Shown here piece by piece: positions 10,009 to 22,800 of a stretch of DNA of 47,472 nt (positions within the stretch are counted from its first letter, which is position 1; every line of letters starts with the position of its first letter). This DNA comes from a virus (lineage: Duplodnaviria; Caudoviricetes). The notes beneath the pieces were generated by a model that was not told where the DNA came from, did not search any database, and saw nothing but the letters and a program-made list of their open reading frames with translations. The stretch spans positions 1 to 47,472 of IMG/VR virus record IMGVR_UViG_3300032225_001249; one strand, written 5' to 3'. The translations under genes were made by a program, and so were the position numbers.

Positions 10009-10059
10009 TCTTGTTCACTCCGTCCTATTCTTATTTATGCGACCTTAATATACTCATAT

Positions 10060-10677
10060 TTATGCGGCACTCAGGTTAGTAAGCGTCTGTATACGTAAGG
10101 TATATTCAATTTGAATCTGACGATTTAAACTCTTTTGCACTGGATGAAAAATCACATGAGTAATCAGCATTAAATCAGTTGCGCTTCCTGCCCAACTTTT
10201 GAGTCCTAGCTCATCAAATACATATTCACCGTTAAAATTGGTAGAATTGTCAAAGGCCTGCTGTCCGGCGGGTTCGCCGTAATCTAACAAACAGGTCACT
10301 AAAATATCTGTATAGGGCATGCCAGTGGTGTGAATTACTGTCATGTAATTGTTTGCTGGGTCCACATCTGCTGCACTGTTATCGTCAACAACTTTGGCAT
10401 AAGTTTCGTTGTATAAGTCTGCATTTTGACCAGTTATATTGGGTGGCAAATATGTAATAACGCCAGTTGGGTCTACACTTGATCCACCATTGCCAAACGC
10501 CATTTCGTAAATCCAGCCGCCGCCTTGGGCGCCGGTGCGGTTGCTCAGGGTTTGGGCCATGGCAATACTGATATTCTCATAATGAATTGCGTTCTTTTTA
10601 TCTACAAGAATCTCGCCTGAGTTAGGGTCAGTTATCTTGACAAAACCTTCAATTTTGGCCAGGCCTGGTTGAATCAT
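10060..10677 (-). CDS. Virion structural (baseplate/fibre attachment) protein
   Basis: 205 aa with KKNAIH, MAFGNGG, FDELGL and THVIFHPVQKSLNR, resembling phage tail-collar/baseplate proteins; lies in the tail module. Confidence 0.6.
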   Translation of the reverse strand: MIQPGLAKIEGFVKITDPNSGEILVDKKNAIHYENISIAMAQTLSNRTGAQGGGWIYEMAFGNGGSSVDPTGVITYLPPNITGQNADLYNETYAKVVDDNSAADVDPANNYMTVIHTTGMPYTDILVTCLLDYGEPAGQQAFDNSTNFNGEYVFDELGLKSWAGSATDLMLITHVIFHPVQKSLNRQIQIEYTLRIQTLTNLSAA

Positions 10678-10823
10678 GCTCGTTTCTCCACAAATGTCTC
10701 TTTGGTTTTAGGATCAAATATTTTTACAAAACCCTCGACTGAAATGGCACTGGTTTCGTTGGGGCGCTTGGGCTTGGCGGCTGCAGGCTTGTGCTGTGTG
10801 GGTTGTTGGGCATTTTTTTCCAT
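10674..10823 (-). CDS. 49-aa microprotein whose C-terminus is paralogous to the N-terminus of the next gene; missed by the ORF track
   Basis: MEKNAQQPTQHKPAAAKPKRPNETSAISVEGFVKIFDPKTKETFVEKRA*. TAAATA lies 6 nt upstream and the stop has an ATGA overlap with ATG 10677. Confidence 0.75.
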   Translation of the reverse strand: MEKNAQQPTQHKPAAAKPKRPNETSAISVEGFVKIFDPKTKETFVEKRA

Positions 10824-10842
10824 GTATATTATTTACCTTGAA

Positions 10843-13800
10843 TTATTGACCCTGTAAAAACCTTGCACAAATAGTGTTGGTTTCACTGAGTGGTAAGTCA
10901 GGTGTGTCTAGATTGTACCAAGTATGGGCACGTTTGACCAAGATAGCTACTTCTGCGCCGGCAGGTGGTGCTGTATCAAATTCCACAGTTACAGGATTAT
11001 TAGCAGTGATACTGTAGTCTGTGTCTGGTATTCTTGCGCCGCCTACATATACCTCAACAGATTCATCACGTGTGGCGCTGGGTTCTTGACTGATATCAAT
11101 GTCCGCAGTAAATTCTGTAGTAACACCATCGCCCAAGTTTACACCAGATACCAACGGATTAGTTATGTTAGACACTATGTAATTTTGACAAGTTTCTGGC
11201 ATTAGATTCTGACGTCCCATGTTGTAGACATAGGTGCCCAATTCATGAGTTGAAATTGCTGTTCCAGCTGTGCCACGTAACAGTCCACTAACTGTGTTAG
11301 CCTCTGTGTCTCTATTGCGATACAAGATACGCTCGCCGTTGATTGTGAGTATTCCCCAAATGTTTGCGGCACCGTCAGTTACTTCCCAATATTCAGTGTC
11401 GGTTGGCAAATTGCCAGTGGTAAATGCAATGGCCTGATAAAAATTATCGCCATATATGACCACTTCACCAATGTTATATGAAATATTGTTGTTGTATGAC
11501 GTGGCAAAATTTGGATCACCTAGTGCTGATGCATTTTCTACATAGATTACATCATCGGCAATGCCAACCGGCTGAGTCAATGTGGTAGTTGTGCTGGGTG
11601 TGATTCTATAGGTTGCCTGAACTTGACGCATGTCTTGGAATATGCGGAATGCAATTGGATTTGGCACCACTCTGTTAGCGGCCAGTGTAACTACCAACAC
11701 GTCAGTTGACTCCAATATTGCGCCTGAAATGATTATATTTGTACCACTTAATGTATAGTCAAGTCCGTTGAACAGCCAGTATCCATTGACTGTCACTAGC
11801 AAGCGTTCTGGGTTGGCAATTTCCCGTCTTAGATCAAATGTGTTGTTGTTATCTACTCCAGGTCCAACAAACACTTCAGTCAACAGGTTTTGTTCGGAGG
11901 TATCGTTCCAAGATATTATATCAATGCTGTCGCCTTCTGATGGTACACTACCAGGCAAGAAAGTCAAGGCATTGTTATAAACTCGATATACACTATCAGT
12001 TGCTACTGACAACAATATTTTAGCACCGTCAACTGGAGCGGTAGTAAATGTAACAGTTCTATAGTCTGACATGCTATCCCATGCGTCAACTACATAGTCA
12101 GTGCCTTGCACCAATTTGGAATTATCAACATATACAAACACATCATTGTCTGACATATCTACTGGATCATATCCATATCCATTAGGTAGCTGGTATGTAA
12201 CTGTGGCATCATCGCCTACAAATTCACTGCCTTGTGGTGGGTTAATTCGTTGTCCATTGACCAGCACCACAAGATTAACTGGGTTTGTGCCTTGCATACT
12301 GTTGGTCAAATCGATGGTGTCGGTTCCAGTTGCTGTAAAGGTTTGATCCAGCGGCAAACTCCAACTGTGAGTTGTGCCTGTGACTGCATATCCAAGCACA
12401 GCCAAATTGATGCGATTGGTAATGTCGTATGTTGTGTCAAAAGTTACAGTAGTTGATCCAGCACTGCTGGTAATAGTATAGTCGGTTCCTTCAAATAACT
12501 GATTTTCACCGTTGAAAATCAATATTTCATAAACAATAGCAGCTCCTGATATCAATGTCCAACCAACTAGATTAACCGGAAGGTTTCCAACGTTAGGACT
12601 TGTTGTAGATTGATAAAAGTCGCCGCCATAGGTAACCACATCGCCCCAGGTGTATGTTGTGGAAATATTGTAAGCACTTGGCACTGCAAATGGCACAGTT
12701 ATTTCGTCAAGCACATCCTGATTATAGGTGTTAAGGTAAAGTTGGTTGCCGCCGCCAACGCCGGTCACATACACATCTATAATGTCACCAGCAGTTTCGG
12801 TCAGTCCGACTGTGACTGTGTAGTCGGTCCAGTTGTATTCTTCTGCCAATATTGACAGGCCCAGTGTGGCATTAAACACCACAACTACAAATGGGTAGTC
12901 TAGCAGTCCATCAAAACTCAACACAGGATTTTCTGGATCATACACATATCTACGTGATGCTGCAGGGAATCCATGTCCAAGTCCAGTGTTGTCAAAACCA
13001 GGAGCAGTGTATACACGGAAATCCAAAGTGTCAAACTCACTACCTGGAACCAGTTCTTCTGGTGCATAACTGCTGAATACATCTATGTATCCGCCACCGT
13101 TAACGTTGATGTCAGCTGGTCTAGTTCCCAAGAACAAGTCGTCAAACGAACTGGAATAGTTGGCGTCCAACAACGCAGGATCATAGGTTGGGAAACCTTC
13201 TGGGCTAATACTAATATTGTCAAACGGATTGACATCATAATTACCTACATCAAATCCAGTGTTGTATGAAAAGCTCAATGCCTGCACTTGAACTCCTGGG
13301 TAGTTTAATCCATCTATTAGCAATGGCAAGCTACGACCTGGTTGGTCAACTGTTGGCAAATAAAAACCTTGTGTTCGGTTAATACCACTTAGTGTGCTGG
13401 CCGGAACTCTATCCCATTCTTCAATGATAAATGGATAATAGAAACTTGTGGGTTCTAGATTGATTGACTGTAATAATGCACGACTAATTGTTACAATATT
13501 GTCAACCTCGTTAATTTCAGTAACTGTGGTGTCTGCTGGAATTGCAAGACCAGTTACTATCATACCTGTGGTCAACCCGGTAACCGATGTCACAGTCAAT
13601 GTGTATTCTCCGGCGGTTCCGATTGAATCCGGCACAATTGGTGTGTTGGTCACTGTGTCAATCGCTTGCCAAACAGTGTCTGCAAATCGAACTTGTGTGT
13701 CGGAAGGATAAGTGGCTACCAAATAACTCCAATCAGTAATGGTACTCTTGTATTCATAACGGTCATATTTGATAGTCATGTTAAATTCGCGCACCAACGG

Positions 13801-16800
13801 ATTGCCCATGTCGGCTCGTGCTTGTGCGCCTGTGCCCGTATCACTTACAAATGTTATCACTGGAGTTGTAGTATAACCAGAACCATCGTTGACAACATTG
13901 ACTGCTATCACTTGCAACTGAGAATTAATGACCGCTACCGCGGTAGCCGGAGTTCCAACATAGGTCAATGTAGCTGTTCCAACCAGTTGGCTACCTGTGG
14001 TAAAATCAGGTGGAACATCTGCAGAAGTTCCGGCCACTGTAACTGAATATAAATTGGATCCGTAGAATACCTGCTGGCCTATTGTGTATGCTGTATCAGC
14101 TGTCCACTCGGTTCCAACAATAACTTCTGGCTCTGTTGCATATCCAGATCCGGTTGCAGTAACACTGACTGATATCAAACTCAACAAATAGTTATTGTAC
14201 CATTCTTGCCAAGGCGTTGTTGCCCAAATTTCTGCATTGGCTGGTGTGTCTGCAATGTCGCTGGCGCGGCCAGTTCCTGTTGCAGTGCTCTTAGTATAGG
14301 GCAATAAAATTGGACTGACAAACTGTGGTATTTCTAATGCGGTATCATAATACGACGGATTGTCAAAGTCAGTGGCAAATCCTGGATAGTCATCTTGTCC
14401 TTTGTAAACTAGATTAAACTGCTTGACTTGCACGTGATATGGTTTGACTTCCTGCAGATAGTCAGATACAAAATCTTGATTGTCTCGACGATAAGTTTGG
14501 AACGGCAACAATGATCTAATGTCGTGGCGCACATTGATAAGACTGGTTTTCATCAGCCAATCTGGTGCTTGTTCTTCGGTCAATATAAATTTGAACATGA
14601 GAATCAACAGTTGATTCTTGAAAATAGCTAGATCATTTATGAACAATTCCGTGTTGATTGCTTGTATAATATTGCGTGTTTCAATCACTGGTTCTTGATC
14701 ATAGTATTGAGCATCAAACACTTCGGCATCAAATCCATAACGGCCTGCAGCATAATCCCATAAGGTATTATCAAAAGCAATAGTGCCATCTTGTAATCCA
14801 ACACGATCCCAACCAACGTTGGTTTTAACATAAATTTCCCATTTGTTTTGTGCGTTGGCTATAACTTTGACACTGCTGCCTACAGCTACATTAAGTGTCA
14901 CAAGGCTAGAATAATTTGGAACTTGTGTAACTGGCACTATCGAAGAATTGTAACCCAATTGATACCAGTCAACATGATTCCAATAATTTTTTGTATTGAA
15001 ATTTTGAATTCTAACCAACTGCGGCACTCTAGGAGCCGCAGGCGCATTAGACGCCAATACAACTTCGTAAATGGTCCAGGCGCCGTTGTAAGTGCTGTCT
15101 GATAGAATTAGATATTTGTATCCCAACGGAACTTGATAGAAATTTTGATAACTTAATTGTTCAATGTTATCCAACACTTTATTGTATTCTTCGCTGCCGG
15201 CAGCTGGAACGGGTTCGCTAGAATTTAGCAATATAAATCTACGTTGTTCGACAATAGGCAAATATTTTAGTATTTCGTTAGTACGAGTTAGATAGTTTTC
15301 TAACGCCATCAAACGGTCAACAAACATGCTCTGACGCGGACTAAATGCCACTCCGTACTGTTCAGGAGGACTCAAAAACGGATCTGGGACTTGAGCACCA
15401 TTTTGATTGTATCCGCAGAAACTGTCTTGTAACTTTTGATAAAGGTTATCAGCAAGGAAACTTGTTGGATTTCCATCAGCAATCAGTTGAAACTCAGTAT
15501 GAATATTTGCGTCAGACAATTCTTGTGAAAAATCCACGTGTAGTATTGTGTCAAAGGCTGAAAGATACTGCGCCCCATTGTAAATTGCTACAGTGCTGGC
15601 ATCAAGTGCGGCAATATAAGGTATGCCACTACTGCGTGGTTCTTCAATGTATCTGGCAATGCCAGTAGTGCTGAGAGTTTTGCCTTCATTAACAGCAATA
15701 GTTGTAATTCCAGAAACCCAGAAATAGTAAACCGTTTCGAATGTGCCTGTTGCGTTTAAGTGAGCTCTCACTGAATAACTAGTAGTGCTCAATGGCGTTC
15801 CTTCACCAGTGTAACTGACCGGAGGTGTTGAGCTGGCAACCCATTGATAGACGTCTACTGTGCTGGATGGAAATAACTGTCCCCAGCGACGGCTAGCATA
15901 CACAATGTCATCTTGATTTGGGTCAATAAATCTGGCATTTGTTGTGTCCCACCAAATTTCCCCCACACGCTCTGATCCCCAGAAGTTACCGATGTTATTG
16001 ATTGGACCTGTATTATACTGTGCTGGATTTACTGGGCCAATAAAATTAATATTTTGTCTGGCCGCTCCTAATATTTTGCCCTGCAACGGGTCAATAAAAT
16101 CAAAGAAATAAGTTTCTTGACTTTGTAATTTGTTATACATGTATACGCTGTTTAACAACGCAACATCAACTACCGGTTGTTGTTGTCGCAATACTTTCCA
16201 TGCAGGCAGTCGATCTAGGTTAACAAATTGTCCAACTCGTCCATAATTGTCGGCGCCGGTTGGGCTTCCTACCAATAGTTTACCAGTGGTATAATTAACT
16301 GCGGTGCCCCATTGGTCTACAGGATCTGTTAAACGATCGTATACTTGCTGACCAAACACAAAGTTTCCAGGATTTGTAACCGAGTCGGTGGCACTAGGCA
16401 AGTAATCAAATGTATATACTACACCACTTTCCAAAACTTCTTCAAAGAATGTCGTACTACGGTCATCAAAATACGTAGTGCCGTTGTCAAAAAATACAGC
16501 TTCGTACAAGTCACCACGTGGTGCACCAACTACTAATGTTAATGCTGTGGTATCGATGTTTACAGCAGAACCAAAGTTTGCACCAGCAGTAGGATTTGGA
16601 CTAGTTATAGTTTGAGTGTAGGAGTACGAGTCAAACCCAAGGTCATCAAACGCTGTACCACTTATGCCAGGCCATACTGTCAATCTGTTGTATGCGTCAG
16701 CGGCCTCAACGTTGACTATGTTAATAGTCAACAATCCATTGGCCACAGAGGCTGTGACATTAGGCATGGCGGCTGCAACAATGGCTTGTGCTAAACCAGT

Positions 16801-19800
16801 AACTGTGTTGTTTGGACTACTAGGAACTGCCACTGGCATGTTGTTAATACGTATAGTATTGCCAGCAGTTAACGAAGGGTTAGCATTGGTAGATGTTATT
16901 GTTCCGTATACACGGGCCTGATTAACATTTCGTTGCACCGAACCGGCGGCCAATAACACTGTTCCGTCCACAGGAGCACCTGTATAGATGCTACAGTTAT
17001 TTGGGCAAACATCGACTGCGGCACCAAATGCAGATTCATCATAAGGTGTGTCTGGCACTATCTTTTGGACTTGAGTAAAGATGTTACTTTCAATCTCTAA
17101 CACATCGCCTACATTTAATGTAACGTCTAATACCACGTTGCCGCCGGTTACTGTGAATTGCCCATTGATATATTGAGCAGTGTTGGTCAAGTATGTGTTG
17201 TTTAAAACTACTGCAACCGGATCTTGGTAACCACCTGGCAGAGCATAAGTCAGTTGAGAAGTGTTGCTTATGATATAACGTGTTACGCTACGATCAAACA
17301 CATACACGGCTCCAGAATTTACTCCTGCGTCTGATTCGTCGGCGCTGGCACCAATGACGATTTGGCGACCGTCAGTTGTGGTATGAATGCTAGAACCAAA
17401 TTTTGAGTTAGCAGGACCTTCAATAGCGTCCATTGGTTGCCAATAAGTTCCGGATATTACTTTAATTGCGCTATCGACACCCGGAGCGGTTGTAAATGTT
17501 ATTGGGCTATCACCTGCGGTGGAGAATGTATAATCAATGTTAGGAACTTGTATCACATCATCAACATACACAACAAAACTATAGATATTATCGGCTGTGT
17601 ATAGATATGGCCCTAGGTCAAACATAGTTTCAGAACCGTCACCAATGTAATCTTGTTCAACTTTACGAGTTACTATTAATTTTTCGCCCGCTACTGGAAT
17701 TCCGGCCAAATTAATCACAGTACCGCCTACAGTATAATCAACGCCAATGGTTAAAAGTTCATTGTTCAATACCACTGCCAACTGTAATTCGTTATCAAAT
17801 TCAATTATGCCACCCACGTTATAAACTTGATAAACGCCCGGAGTAACAAACTGCACTGTTTGTCTAGGTATAGTTACACGCCCATAAGGATAAACTTTAT
17901 TTTGTCCCGGAGCCGACACATACATCCATTGCTCGTCTTGACTTATTGCAACGCTGTAACCAAATTCAGCATTGGTATAATCACCATCAGGTGATATTAA
18001 TAATTGACGTTCTTCAAATGTTGTGCTACCAGTGGCACGATAAATTGCAATTGCATAGCCTTGATTATTTCTACTTGCGCTGGCGCCAGCTATGGCCCAA
18101 TTTTGATATCCTATCTGTATTGCATTACCATAGCCAAGTGTGTTGGCGGCATTTAATGTTAGTATAGAATTTTCAGAATAGTTGTCGTTGACATCTTTGA
18201 CATAGGTATAGATTGTGCCAGTGCCATCGTCGCCACCTGCTGGAGCTCCTATCATAGCAACAATATTTTGATACCCTTGTGTAATAGAACTACCGTATCT
18301 TGACCCGACCACAGGAACCGTTGGTGTTATGGCTCCGGCATCAATGAAAGGATCAGTTTTTTCTAGCACTTCCCAAAGCCCAGAACCGTTGTTGTCAACC
18401 CAAACCTTAGCACCCGGTATCAACGAATTGGTATAAGGAAGATTTAACACATCACTGGCCTGACTCACACGCATGGTCTGTAGGCTAAATGCTAGGCCAA
18501 CACCAGTTACAGGATTTGTTATAGTTAATACTATAGCAACTGATGTTAATCCAGGCAAGGCTATTACACGATATACTCCGTCGACTGTGGCGTCAAAGAA
18601 TCTAATTATAAGTATGTCACCTACTACCAATCCAGGTGGGCGAGTAAATGTTACAATTGTAGTGCCATTGAGATTGGGTGTAGCTGAGCTAATATAACCT
18701 GGTACTTCGGTGCATCTGTAAACGTTCCAATCGTAGGCATTGCTCTTTGCCGCCCACACAGTAGTTCCAATTCCAATGGTGTTTAATACTCCTGTGTCTA
18801 GTCCAAGCTGACCGTCAAGGTCAAATACTGTTATGTCTACGTCTTGTAAATTTACATAGCCTGCACTGGGCAGTGCAGAATCTGCAACGGACATAACAGC
18901 AGTTGGAAAAATATCTGGGCTAGTTACGTTATAACTTTCTCTCCACAGGTCTTGATACAATATAGACTGATCAGCTACACTAGTTTCTTGAGGCGCAACA
19001 ATTTGCACTGTTCCAGGATTTGCTGTTAACAATGCTTCGTTGAGTCGCATTTCAACAAATTGACGATTGGCATTGGCACCGTATATGCCACGCTGGATCC
19101 CCCAGTTTTCATATATTTGATACTGTGCAGTTTCTTTGTTGAGATTAGTATTGGTCAACAAGCGCACACTGTTGAGTGTACCTTTGTCTTGAATTAACTG
19201 TTGATAAAGATTAACTTGACTTATGCTTCCCAGATTCAAGTCAACCATATACTGACGTGGTCTGAATCCAATTAATCCAAAAGCAAATAAATCTTGCTCA
19301 AGTTGTAGATTAGATTGGTTAACATCGTAACTGTTGGCCAATTGGTTGGCCAACATTGGAATATTTTGTAACAGGCCGCTTTGTATTCGAGTGTAATTAC
19401 TTTGTGACCAAAGAGCTTGATTCCATTGTGTTGAAGGTTGAACAATGTCAAGTGCTTGCCAATAATTATTTTTGTAAATGACAATTTCACCTTTGGTGTA
19501 TTTCTGCAAAGGTTGCCATTCTTTTACTGTTTGTGTATTGTTGTTTATAAATCCTTGTGCGTCTAACTGTCCGTTCCATTCGGCAGCAACTGTCGCTATA
19601 ACTGTGACACGACTTTGTCTTGCACCTGTAGCTGGATCATATAGTAGGTCGCCAAACACACTGACATTGTCTAAAATAACCAGACTTTCGTAATTGGTTT
19701 GTCGTAGGGCAATATAACTTATAGTTTGTTCGTTTAAACTGGTTACTTTAAATGTGTTCTCGTAACGATCTATTACCAACTGAGCTGATGGAATTGTAGT

Positions 19801-22800
19801 TCTATTTTGATCTAGAATTAAATTTTCTGGAGTCTGTGTAACAATTGAATCAATCACTGCTTCAGGAGTAACCAATGTTAATTCTTGAGCTGTGGGATTC
19901 AGACTGATTACACTGCCGGTCATCCAGCCTTGGTTGGCCCAATACAGGTATTCCTGGACCATTTGATTCCAGTCCAAAGTTTTACCGTTCTCTCTGGCAT
20001 CGAACACCAAGCCTTGACTTTCTAACAAAGCTCCATAGCTCAACAAGAAATCAGCCACAACAGTTTGATTAGTAAACACATATCCGTATGGTACCTGCAC
20101 AATATCCTGAGTGTAGGTCGTTGGCACAGTGACCTTGGTGCCGCCAGCTGTGATAACTCGTGTTGGTCCTCCGGTACGGCTGGCCAATATTTCAAAATAT
20201 GGATTGGTCAAACTATAGCCAGTGACTGACCAGCCGCCATCAACCACCTGAACAACAACTGCACTATACAAAGTTTGATTAAATGGTTGATTTTTGTATA
20301 CCAATAAGTTATAACTGTTGTCCGGTATCAATAGACTACTGTTTGTGCTGTCTGGACTGGCAGTTTCTGCAATAATTTCAAGATACTGTTTGTCTGTAAA
20401 CGTGCCCATTCTGTAACACAGTCTCACATCAAGCAAAGACAAGTCTGTTGCTAATTTGTCTGTTGAGTTGACTCCTAATTGACGATTGTAGTCAACAATC
20501 CAGTCAATGTAGCTGGCTTTACTAACACCGTTGCCGTATATTTCCACACCGTTGGCATCTAGTCTATAACGCTGGTTGTATAAGAATTGCTCAAGATCTG
20601 CATTGTATTTGTAAAGATCTCTATCGGCAAATAAACTAAAGAATTTGGCCGGGCGTGTAAGTGCTAGCAATCGCATAACCGCAAATGGGAACGATGAGCT
20701 GGTGCGCCAACTGTATTCAACTGGCCCTTCGTCGCCAAACACCCAACTCTTTTGCCATTGGCTGGAGTCATATAATCCTACTACACTGAAGAATGGACTC
20801 AATAACTGACCTTCGCTATCCACAGGAATTACTTGGTCTAATCCTGGACGAGCATATTTGGGTAGGTAATACGTGCCGGCAGGATCTGCCACTCGGCCCA
20901 GTGATAGGTCATCCCACAACACCAAGTTACCAGAGGTATATGGAGCAGGACCATACACTTCAGTCCACCATGCAGGTTCTTGGCTGAATCCCAGCATTTC
21001 CCATGGTGTGCTCTGTGGAGTTGGCGTGTCATAAAAATATTGATAAATGCCGCGCCATGCACCAACTGGTAGAGGTGATTCACTATCTGTAGTTGATCCA
21101 GTGAGTCTATTGCCAGCTGCACTGTAGTTCCATGTGAACTGATTTGAGGCGTTATAAGTTTGTTCAGAATAGGTCAGTTTATTCCAACCTACCCAACTTA
21201 AAAAGCTGGTTGCTAATATTTCGTTAATTTCAGACAGACTATACCCAGTTGATCTAAACTGCCCAGGTGTAACATCAGTCAGTGTCAATGGCACTTCTGA
21301 TTTGATTTTTAAGTTGTTAAAAATTCTAGTTTCAAACTCTAATAACAACTGATCTCTAAAATCTCCAAAGGCCAAAGTAAGGCTTCCATCATGCCCTTGA
21401 ATCACCCAAGCCGGGTTAACATAGGTTGTGTCGTAATATATCTTAGGCTGGAACGCAGGATACAATCCTAACTTGGTAGGAGTATTAGGAACAAACGTTC
21501 CATAAGTTGTAGCATACTCTTGAATAACAATTACATCGCCTGCCGACAGCGGTACAGTTATAGTCAATGTAGGAGCATCGGTGCTGACAACGTAATCGTA
21601 ACCAAATTGTAAAAGAACGTCATTTACATACACCAATACGCTTTGATAGTTTGAACTAGTAAAGTTGTAAGTGTTATTGAGATTAAATGTTGGCGTTGAT
21701 ATCTGCGAATACGTTGTTGTTGTGGTAGTATACACTGGATTGGCTGGCAACATATCTGTCCAATAGAACGGATTTGTTTGTGTGCGCCCTGCTACCAACT
21801 GTGTAACAACAGCAGTCAACATGTCTGGAATTGTATAATTTGTATAATCTGTGGTTACTACTGCGTTCAACAATTGTGCTTTATATTGTTCATATTCTCT
21901 ACTGCTATAAGCCAACGAATCAAAAATATTATATTGTTTTGATCGCAGGAAATAACCAGCCAGGGTCATTGGCGCACTGTTTTGTATAATGTTAGTGCCG
22001 TAAGGAATAATATTGCCCAGGTCTCGAGTATTATTGTTACCGTTGATTGGGCCAACCAATCCTAATAGATTTTCACAGATTGATTCGTAGTGGGTTCTGG
22101 CAGTGCCCACAGTGAAGTATGGACTATTAACGTTGAGCGGATTGTTTTCAAGGTTAATAGGAACTTGATAGAACGCTACCTTACTGGCTTGATCACTTAG
22201 CACAAGAACTTCAACAATATCACCCAATGCAAATGCTGTGCCATTGTTGTAGGTTGCATCCGTCCAGGTTATTGTTGTGCTGTTGGCTGTAGTTGCTACT
22301 GAATATTTGTAAGATTCTTGGAATTCACTGCTTACATACAATTGAACGTTTGGAATCACAGTGTCAGGTAATGCGGCCACATCAAGTTGCAACGGACGTC
22401 CATCGTAGCTAAACTGAAATTGTTGTCTTGCGCGGCTTGGAACCACGGCTGTTTGCCATCCTAACTCGCGCTGGTAGGTGACTCGATCTTGGTACTGTCG
22501 AACAAAACCCAAACTGATATTTTCAGTATACCCTACGCTGTCGATAGTGTAATTAAAAGTGTCGGTATACAAGTTATTGTCAAACACTATGTCGCCAATG
22601 TTTGACAAACTCAAATACTTGATAGCAAATCCTAATACAGGATCTTTGCTATTGTTGGACAGAGCATAAGAAAATAATTTAGATCCGCGGAAATCGCTAC
22701 TAGGATATACCACAGGATCAGAAAAACTCACACCATTGGCATCGTATACATCAAACAGCGGAGCTTGATTAGCTGAAGTTTTTTGTTGACTGCGTATCCA

